A DNA stretch of 64,000 nucleotides, taken from NCBI GenBank assembly GCA_977018835.1, contig OZ361258.1:4216001-4280000 (forward strand), in the 5' to 3' direction. Each line of letters opens with the position of its first letter. The stretch's first letter is position 1. The translations under genes were made by a program, and so were the position numbers. Below the pieces are notes generated by a model. That model saw only the letters and a list, made by a program, of their open reading frames with translations. It was not told the DNA's origin and made no database searches. Shown piece after piece: positions 55,664 through 64,000 of this stretch. The DNA is from Minutocellus sp. GHC0000111 (taxonomy: Eukaryota).

Positions 55664-57913
55664 TCAAATCATAACAACCACCTCCTCCATATCTTCCTTA
55701 TTGTGGTAAGGATACACCGCGTTGGGTACTGAGTGAGTGTCAACATACAGCTCGCCCTCAAATCCATCTACAGCAGTCATCACGTTGACAACAAATCGGT
55801 CCGATAGAAAGTCCACTTTTAGAAACGTTTGAAAGCTTGCCGACCCTGAGTAGAATATTGGTATGCGCTCCTTTGATTCTTCCTCTTCCCCGACACTATC
55901 CTTCGAAGGAAATTCCGAATTGCCATAGACACCCCGCCTGCAACGAAGTGTGTTGTTTAGGATGGCAATTTTCCTTGGTGCCGGACACAGCTTGCGATCT
56001 GGACTTATATAGGGTTCATGGAACAAGGTGTGTTCTGGAAGATTGTAATCTGAGCTTGCATTTTGCAAATAAAACAGGCTCATCATGCCAGCTTCTGCGT
56101 TGCCCCCACAAGTGCCGGTGCTCCCAGTTATACACTCATCGTATAATTCCGGAGGCAACACTTTGCTGGAGGTGCCGTTTTGGACTTCACTCACATCTGA
56201 GACGTCCGTGATACTTGCATTAGTCGAGTTTCCAATTTCGTCTTCGTAGACGAGGGCAGGGGCCACACATTTGCGCATAAGACATCTATGAGAATGGCCA
56301 GCAAATATGGCCTTCACGTTTCGACCAAGAAGTACCTTTTCCAGTGCACCATTCAAGCCTTGTGCCGCATGAACAAAAAGGATTGTGGTCAAATTTGCTT
56401 CATTTGCAAGAGAGATATGTCGGTCTAGCCAAGCAATGGAAGAGCCAAGGCCGATCCCAGCACTCTCAAAGCCTGGGTAGTAGTGCGTGTGGACAAAATG
56501 ATATCGACCGACCTCCCAACTGTATGCCAAACTCGAAGCGTGGTATCGAGCGATCTTGTCGGGGTCAAATTTCGGTATGATTCCGCATATACCGGATCGA
56601 ATGTAGCCAAGAGAGTGAATTGAATTGCAATAAGGCGTGCCAACCCATTGATCTGAACCATACTTTGCGCCCGAACCGTGTTCTACCTCATGATTCCCAA
56701 GAGCAGGAAAGGACGCGTCTAGGCCGCCAATGTCATGGTAAATGGATTCATACGTGGATCTTTCTTTTGGATGATAGTAGGCTGTAAGATCACCATTCAA
56801 CACCAAGGTTTTCGGGGCGGGACTGTTTGTAGCCTCATCGTTTCCGCTGATTAGTCTTTCCATAGCTATTTTCATTTGCTGATTTGTATGCCTGCCGACC
56901 TTTGCTGTGCACGACGAGCAGCTATCTACTCGTGAACATTCTCGTGGAATTTCCAACTGACCAAGGTCTGGCATCTCTCCATCGAACCAGTCCAATTGCG
57001 CGTCGGAAGCAATAATGTAGGAAAACGAAGCCTCATCATCGCCATCCGGAGTTGCACCACGAGTAGCCCCCGTCCACTTCGCCGACGGCCGGTCAATATC
57101 AATGTTTCCCTGTTGACATTCAGAATATTGACTGTAGCATTTCGGTGTAAATCTCATCGCCTGAACTGACATCATCCGCTTGCCCCGCACATCAATAAGA
57201 GATGCGATGGAGATCGTAAGAACTATCACAATCCCAATGTTCAAAGCAATGAGCATTATGACTCGGCTGTATCTTCGTGTTCGTCTAGGTGTGCTCTCAT
57301 TTTGGACTGCGACGGCAGAATGCTCGTCGTCGAATTCATTTTCCTCCGACATCTCGATGTGCTCTGCTGGTTCTTCTTCATCGACAAAGTCGTACTCATT
57401 ATTGTTTACATCGACACTTGAACCGTCCCCTCTGGCGACTAATACCAACAAGGCAAAGAGCTGGATCAACATGGCGATTGATCCAGCGATTGTCAAGAAC
57501 CACCACAGCGATGAGCTCTTCGCCAATCGATCCGAAGACGTTTCCAACTCTTCACCAGCACCTCGAGCACATTGTAGGTATGGGAATGAGTTGCCAAAAT
57601 GTCCCGGTGCAGTGAGCTTGGTTTCAACATTCGACCATAGCTCGGTATCGCTAGCAACATTCAGTGCACATCTCCACACCGACGTAGAGTCCAGTGTCGA
57701 AAGAAACGTTGTCTGGTGCGGATCGGCCACATTGGACGGGGTGTATTCTATATCTGCATCACCGATCGTGGAGACTTCCCAGAAGCAGAAATCGTTGCAT
57801 TTGCGAGGGTTGGAAAAAGCGTACCATCCCGAGAACCCATCACGAAACCCCGAGTAGCACTTGATGGGATACTGGGAAGACTCCCACACGAGATTATCGG
57901 TGGGGTATCTCAT
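55664..57913 (-). CDS. Membrane-anchored calcineurin-like metallophosphoesterase
   Basis: IASDAQ, VLNGDL, LGNHE and FAGHSH motifs, with two TM helices upstream. Confidence 0.85.
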   Translation of the reverse strand: MRYPTDNLVWESSQYPIKCYSGFRDGFSGWYAFSNPRKCNDFCFWEVSTIGDADIEYTPSNVADPHQTTFLSTLDSTSVWRCALNVASDTELWSNVETKLTAPGHFGNSFPYLQCARGAGEELETSSDRLAKSSSLWWFLTIAGSIAMLIQLFALLVLVARGDGSSVDVNNNEYDFVDEEEPAEHIEMSEENEFDDEHSAVAVQNESTPRRTRRYSRVIMLIALNIGIVIVLTISIASLIDVRGKRMMSVQAMRFTPKCYSQYSECQQGNIDIDRPSAKWTGATRGATPDGDDEASFSYIIASDAQLDWFDGEMPDLGQLEIPRECSRVDSCSSCTAKVGRHTNQQMKIAMERLISGNDEATNSPAPKTLVLNGDLTAYYHPKERSTYESIYHDIGGLDASFPALGNHEVEHGSGAKYGSDQWVGTPYCNSIHSLGYIRSGICGIIPKFDPDKIARYHASSLAYSWEVGRYHFVHTHYYPGFESAGIGLGSSIAWLDRHISLANEANLTTILFVHAAQGLNGALEKVLLGRNVKAIFAGHSHRCLMRKCVAPALVYEDEIGNSTNASITDVSDVSEVQNGTSSKVLPPELYDECITGSTGTCGGNAEAGMMSLFYLQNASSDYNLPEHTLFHEPYISPDRKLCPAPRKIAILNNTLRCRRGVYGNSEFPSKDSVGEEEESKERIPIFYSGSASFQTFLKVDFLSDRFVVNVMTAVDGFEGELYVDTHSVPNAVYPYHNKEDMEEVVVMI

Positions 57914-58251
57914 TTTGTTGCTTCATCGTTGCAAACTGACTTGCTTGGCACACGGCCGATCCCACGAGCAAGGGAGTTTCGATCGAAGTTGGCGGCAGCA
58001 GCAGCAGCTGGATGGCGAATACGAGATTGTATACGTACGTTTGATGTCGCGTCTGAAGCTACGTACGTACAGTATACGTACAGAACGTACGTACTTGGCT
58101 CTACTCTTTCAGGCAGATTTATTGGCGGGTCTTGACACCCCTTCAGCAGAGGCGAGCTCACCAAAGATCGCAAGGCGTTTATCTTGATCCATTACTTATT
58201 GTCGAATCTGTTTCCATCCGTAAAGTCTCCATTTGAACCAAATCCGCCAGC

Positions 58252-59584
58252 ATGAAACTTCGCTGTCTCATTCTTCTTCCAGCCATCAGTCTTCTTGATG
58301 CGCCGAAATCATCAGCCTTCATTTCCCTTCCTGCGACCCGTCCTCGGGCGTCAACGACTCCTCTCTACAGCACTCAAAGTGAAAAAGAGGCCAAAGATAT
58401 CGACGAAAATGCAATCTTTGCCGATGCAGATGCCACGGTCAAGAAGCTGTCCGATGAGCAGCAGGACCGAGAGGTTCGATCGCTCGTCGCCGAAGACGAG
58501 TGGAGCGGCCTTGCGATGGAGATGACGCGTGTAATCGGCAAGGCCATCATCGAAGATGCCAAAAAGAAGAAAGTCAAGCTCAAGACCAAGACCGACACAT
58601 TTATGGGCACCGATGACTACACCACGTCTGATGTGTTGAATGCGTTGGATCAGAAGGTCAAAAGCGAAGTAGCCAATCTTCGCGGCAAAGAAGAGTGTGA
58701 GTAAATGCATACATGTAGATGTAGCCTGTATTTTGTATTACGGTATGGTCACAATATATGTTGTTCTTGCTTTTACGAATTGATCATCCAACATTCAACA
58801 TCCTTGTACCTATTGAATCTATTTTGTCTCCACTTTTCTACCTACAGACGAGATCGGCGACCTCGCTTTGGCTCTTGATGAAATCTCAAAGGATCTGGCC
58901 TGCAAGGTCATTGGCAAGGATGGCGTATACGAATTTGGAGATCTTTCTCGCGAAGTCGACAGCAGGATCAAGAATGTCGTCGCTGGTTATTGTGGAAAGG
59001 ATACATACGAATGTAAGCTGTGTCGATGCAGAGTTTAGTGCACTTCTATTGCGTCTTTCATAATACAGATCACTCATCCTTTATCCTACATTTTAATTTT
59101 AACCACAAAATCACAGTTGGAGATCTCTCAGCTGAAGTAAAAAAGCGAACCAAGGCCCGCGTACTTGATTTCACTGGCAAAGATGAGTGGCACTTTGGAG
59201 ACATTGCCAGGGAGGTGAACAACAGACGTCAAGAATGGGCCAAGGACTATCTTGGAGAGGAAGTATGGGAAAACTACGAGAGCGGAGATTTCACCAAGAA
59301 GGTTCTGAGCGACCTTAAGGCTCTCAAGAATGACTACAGCGTTGGAGATGGTAAGTGCCGGCCTTAGCTTAATGTATTTTGATGAATTAATTTTTGCGTT
59401 TGATTGCGCAACTCTATCGTTCATCCTCACGGTGCTACTTATTGTTTTCTCCTGGGGGTTTCCGCATCCAGCTTCGAAAGATGCAGCGAAGAAGGCCGTT
59501 AAGAAGGCGGCCAAGGCAGCCAAAAATAAGCTCATGTCAAAGATGAAGGGTGCCTTTGGAAGTACCTCCGATCCTTCTCCTTGA
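58252..59584 (+). CDS. Plastid-targeted helical protein with repeated G(K/T)xxY(E)xGD units, 4 exons
   Basis: Signal peptide plus SSAFISL. Repeats YEIGDL, YEFGDL, YEFGDL, WHFGDI, YESGDF and YSVGD are rebuilt across introns at ~58697, ~59013 and ~59351. Confidence 0.7.
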
Positions 59585-60666
59585 GCAGAAAAATGATGCA
59601 CTACACACACGGAGAGATTGATATGATGGGCGGTGAGAGAAATAAAGCAAACTACATTTACAAGAAGAAGAACCAAATGAATAATGATATCACCTGATCC
59701 CCAACCAACCACCAAAGTCAAGAGAATCAACAACAGAATCTAGGAAAAGCGATTTATTTGCCACGACGAATCGAATCAATCAACCTGGATATAGATCTTG
59801 GAGCTGTACCAGGTTATTATACATGTATATATAGATCTAGATCTAGCTCTGCTGTAGCTAGCTAGGCACAAATAAAAGAATAGATGTGCAAACAAGCAGC
59901 CTGTACATTGTAAAATATTGATAGATAGTCAGGACGTGCGTGATGCACAATGACCATCGGGACGGGGGGCGTCTAGCTAGGAATTCCTATTTTACTGACT
60001 TACATGAATGTACCGGTACATGTACTACCTTTCCCGGTAGACCAGAGTTCCTAGGCCTACTTACATACCGGTAGATCTACATGTATGTATCAATTCTACA
60101 TGTATATCAATTTTCTACATGGTCGTTTTATCATGTTGACATACTCAGGCGTTGGAAAGTGGAGAAAGTAGGTTAGAACAAGCAAAACCAGCCGCAAATA
60201 ATTACTCATAGCGCCGTTCAGGTCCACTTCTAAATCCTCTAAACTGCTCGTAGTAACCATATTCTCGACTCGAATGATGACGAGCCGAGAATCCGTCACT
60301 ATCAGAGCACCTACCAGTCTCAAAATGATTCTTTGCCTCCTCAGCGACCCTAGCTGCCTCTACCCTCGAACAAAATGCAATCGTGACCTCTTGTGCAGGG
60401 AGAGACCTCAATTCTACATGTACACGCGCGCTCTCCGCAATCCTTCGGCCTCGCCGCCTTCTTTTCGCGACTTCCTCGTCTTGCTTCGTTCGCGCTCTCG
60501 CACACGTTCGCTCCGTCCGCCGTCGCGTCGCATCGCTCGCATCGCATCGCGCGCTTTCGACATTCGTCATTGGCCTTTGTCATTTATTTGAAGGCAGACA
60601 GCTTGCAAGCTGCTGTCTGCTGCTAACCTGCTGATTACCGTTATTGTTGTCTCTTGTCAGATTCAA

Positions 60667-61400
60667 ATGATGATGAAACGCCTCGTGCTACTGCTGGTCT
60701 ACGCCACAACGTCCTGGCCGCTCGCACTGGCCTTCCAGCAACATCTGCAAAACAGACCACCTCATTTTCATCGCAGCTTTCGGCTTGGTGCCCTCAATAG
60801 CAACAGCAACATGCCGCAGTTTTGCGAACGTTGCGGAACTGCCACGCGCATAGAGATCCCATCCGGTGATGAGAGAGAGCGGAGCATTTGTGGAGATCCC
60901 GAGTGTGGGCACATCACTTATCAAAACCCAAAGGTTGTTGTCGGCGTGGTGGCGACTTACAAGGGCACAGTTTTGTTGTGTGAGCGAAATATTGAGCCCT
61001 GCAAGGGAAAATGGGATTCCTCGAATTGGGAGAGTCATCTCGCCAGGGCGCCGCGAGGGAGGCTTACGAAGAAGCGGGGGTTACCGTTGATCCTGACAAT
61101 GCTCAGTTGCTCGCCCTATTCAATCTCGCCGGAATGCAAGTACAAGTATTATATCGAGCGGAACTTGGGGATGATATGTTTGAGGCCGGCCACGAATCTA
61201 GTGATGTCAAATTCGTCTCTTGGGACGATATTTGGGGATATGATCTGGCTTTTCCAACTGTTGAGTGGGCATTGAAACATGCAGAAGAGATGAGAAATGA
61301 AGAAAAGCCAACTGTACTGGAACGAACAAAATTATTACAGGAAATGGCGAATGAACCTTTGAAGAGGGATAAATCTTTCTTTCGTAATGGTAAGCATTAT
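60667..61400 (+). CDS. Nudix hydrolase with an N-terminal zinc ribbon (NUDT23-like); short deletion/frameshift near 61015, 3' end uncertain
   Basis: FCERCG..RERSICG..CGHITYQNPKVVV and the Nudix box GFLELGESSRQGAAREAYEEAG. Signal peptide plus ALAF presequence. Confidence 0.82.
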
Positions 61401-61472
61401 ATCATACCTGACAATAAACAAAAACTATTATTAATGATGAATATGATATTGGATCCTACGCCTAGCAGAGGT

Positions 61473-62822
61473 CTACTTCTTGATACTAACTGGGAACAAA
61501 TCAGGATCAGTATCCTGGCTCCGGTCACAGCATGGTCGAGAATCAAATGTCTGGGGGAACTGATTCGCCTTCTGACCAACGTGGTGCTCACCATAAATTG
61601 TCTTGCCCTGGTATCCAACTCCCGCTAGCCAACAGCTATACTGACAGTACTGCACGGGCGAGTCCAGCCACCACGATCTCCACGCCACGCCCGTCAGCAG
61701 ATCAGGTGGGAGCTCATTGGAACATCGGTTCGTAAAAGCAAAGGCATAGGTGGCACACTCCTCCCCATTCTCCACCATAAATTGAGTCCTGTGGTTGGTG
61801 CACTCCTGACAACTCTTGCCGTCATCGGGCTTTTGGGCCGAAATGTCACAACATTTCTTTCCAATGTCGTATCCCGTAATCCAGCAGGAGAACTCACAGT
61901 AGCCCTGTCCAGAGGTGCACTCAGTGGGACGGCAGTTTGTACAAGAATCGCAGACCGAGTTCCTAGCCAACATTGTTGGCGATCGGTGGTTGTTGCAGAA
62001 GACGCATCCCGTCTGGTCTTCGGGCTTCTCTACGACTTGGACGGGGGATTTGACATTAGGATCGCACGAGGTGGTTGCTACTTCGCACGTGGTTTGGGCA
62101 TTTTTCTGTGTGAAAGGGAAGAAAAAAGGAACAGTGGGTGAGATGCGAACATGTACCATGGTAGCGACCAGGAATAGATGTACAGCGACATCAACAGTCA
62201 GTATGTGCAAGCACCCCGCCCCTTCATGTATGATATTACTCACCTGCACGGCTCGGAATGGCCTGTTCGGCACTTCTGTTTGCCACCACCGATGTATTGG
62301 ATGGCAACGCACCCCCTTCTGCGCTTGCAAATCTTGCGACACTCCTTGATGTCGACGGCGTTCTTCACAACGACATCCTCCGGGGAGAAGTCACCGTCGC
62401 ACTCGTACCCAGGTATTTTGTCATCCAATAGCGGGCGGGTCTTGACGCTGAACTTCATCCGGGCGTTGGTGCAGTCGTCCCCGACGTCGGAGGCGAACCA
62501 CTTCTTCCCCGGGGTGAGGTTGTCCTCCCGGGAGATGTCGAAGGTACCGGTTGTCTGTGGCCCGACGAGGAGCCAGGCGTTGGAAAAGTCGCAATTCTTG
62601 TAGGCAATCTCGTCGGTGAACTCGTACAGGCTGTGGGCCATTCCGTCTCCTCCCCACTGGACGGTAACTGTTTGGCATTGCAGTTGGTCGTACGGCTTGC
62701 CGCCCTGGGGATGGAATCGCTGCCAGGTGACCACCTCATCGACGGCCATTGCGGTCGGAATGAGAGAACCGATAATGGCAATGGCGAGCAAAGTCACGAT
62801 CGCACCGGACCTTTGGATCATG
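61473..62822 (-). CDS. Secreted Cys-rich protein (cupredoxin-like N-domain, PAN-like segment, CxNHR repeats), spliced
   Basis: Signal peptide. HSLYEF..YKNCDFSNA..WFASDVGDDC, ECRKICKRRRGCVA and CNNHRSPTM/CTNHRTQFM motifs. Intron at ~62232-62105. Confidence 0.6.
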
Positions 62823-64000
62823 GGAAGAATTGCCGTGCTTGGTTGTGCGCCACGGGTGCAAGCAGGTCTACTCCGGAGAGTGGTACTGGTTGTGCCGGCA
62901 TTGTTGGCATGTTGTACCGGGGCTGCGGCTATTGACTGAACAGAAATAGAATCACACATCTTGCGTTGCCGACAGTGCTCTGCGTCTATTGGAGGTTCAC
63001 TCTCGGCGGCCGCGGATTGTCGTCAAAGCGTCCTTTGCCGCCGCCGCCGTTCAGATCCGACAAGATGACCGAGGTGGGGGACGGCCGCTTGGCCGAGCGG
63101 AGGCTCCACGTTTGATTCATGTTGATGCGGTTGCCGACGTACCGGACCTCGAACTCCTCCTCGACGGCGGACGAGGTGGGAAGGGGAGGGGGTGGAGGGG
63201 GTTGAGGAGGAGGCATGATGCGCTCGAAATTTATTTATTTGAAAATGGCCTTGCGGTGGGAAGGTTGCGCAAGTTGCTCGGCAATTCGATCGATGAGATG
63301 CGCTGAAATCAGCCAGATGCCACCAGCCTACGTAGGTGGCTAGCTCTCGACCGATCTGCGGAAGGCAATTCAGTTCCGCTCGAGGAGGCAGAGGATGGGC
63401 CGAGGGGGGGGGTGCCGGAGAGATAGGATGCCCGGTACTGGTATGGCAGCGCAATTTTCTGGCGCAATTTTTGAATTGAATCTTCATTTTTCATGCCGAA
63501 AATTTACGAGCCGGCCCCGCCCGTTCGTCGCTTACCTGCCGGCAGACTCTCTATCTCTTTATTTCTTTTGTTCATCTGTTTCTCTCTTCCTCCCTCCATT
63601 TTCATGTATTTGGGGGGGCATAAGAAAAATCCAGAGAGACATCGAGCGAGCAGGCGAGGGGCGAGAAGATGGCATGGCGATGGCGGCGAACCGGCGAACG
63701 GTGAACGCAAGAGGCTGATCAGAGGCATAAAAATTCCTACGGCAACGGAGGAAAGGGCCAGCCATGCCCAACTTTGCCCGCCAATTCCGTTCCGCCGCGT
63801 CCGAGCAGCAGCAGGGCCGTCCGTCGTCCTCATCGTTCCGCTCCCTCAACGACGAGGACGATGACGAGGACGATTTGCATCTCTCCTCTAACGAAATATC
63901 TGACCATCATCACGATGGATATGCGGCAGCCGAGGACGACCACCCGTTGCCTCCCGATGTCAACGTAGACGACACTTACGACTACCAATTCACCGTCGCT

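Noticed and set aside
62986..64000. Short ORFs at the window end
   Set aside because: Low-complexity or truncated; no product can be supported.
1..64000. rRNA, tRNA or other structured RNA genes
   Set aside because: None recognised by eye; a covariance-model search was not possible.

Overview
Gene-dense eukaryotic nuclear DNA, most likely a diatom or related photosynthetic stramenopile. Evidence: short GT-AG introns, bipartite signal/ASAFAP-type plastid presequences, a nuclear PsbU-like gene and a triose-phosphate translocator. About 27 host genes are recognisable, including TPT, PDI, CRAL-TRIO, an M6 protease with EGF repeats, two MYND paralogs, a TAF8-like gene, TPM, Mpv17, SET, GH5-CBM6, PsbU, an MDR reductase, SPCS3, GT8, a metallophosphoesterase and a Nudix hydrolase. 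Three transposon-derived regions interrupt them: a Helitron-like remnant (~1.7-6.9 kb), a TTAA-flanked Kolobok-like element with convergent transposase and KolX-like genes (21639-25877), and a Chapaev/Transib-like element with ~575-bp TIRs and a 4-bp CGCG TSD (36715-39506). The most striking signal is a repeat-focused TpA->CpA/TpG (A->G) hypermutation, the reverse of fungal RIP. It is visible directly in the TIR-versus-TIR alignment and as Tyr->Cys/His erosion of transposon ORFs, and it may leak into a neighbouring host gene. Many otherwise intact genes carry frameshifts or single in-frame stops, so assembly error must be considered throughout. All family assignments come from motif recognition by eye; no searches were run.
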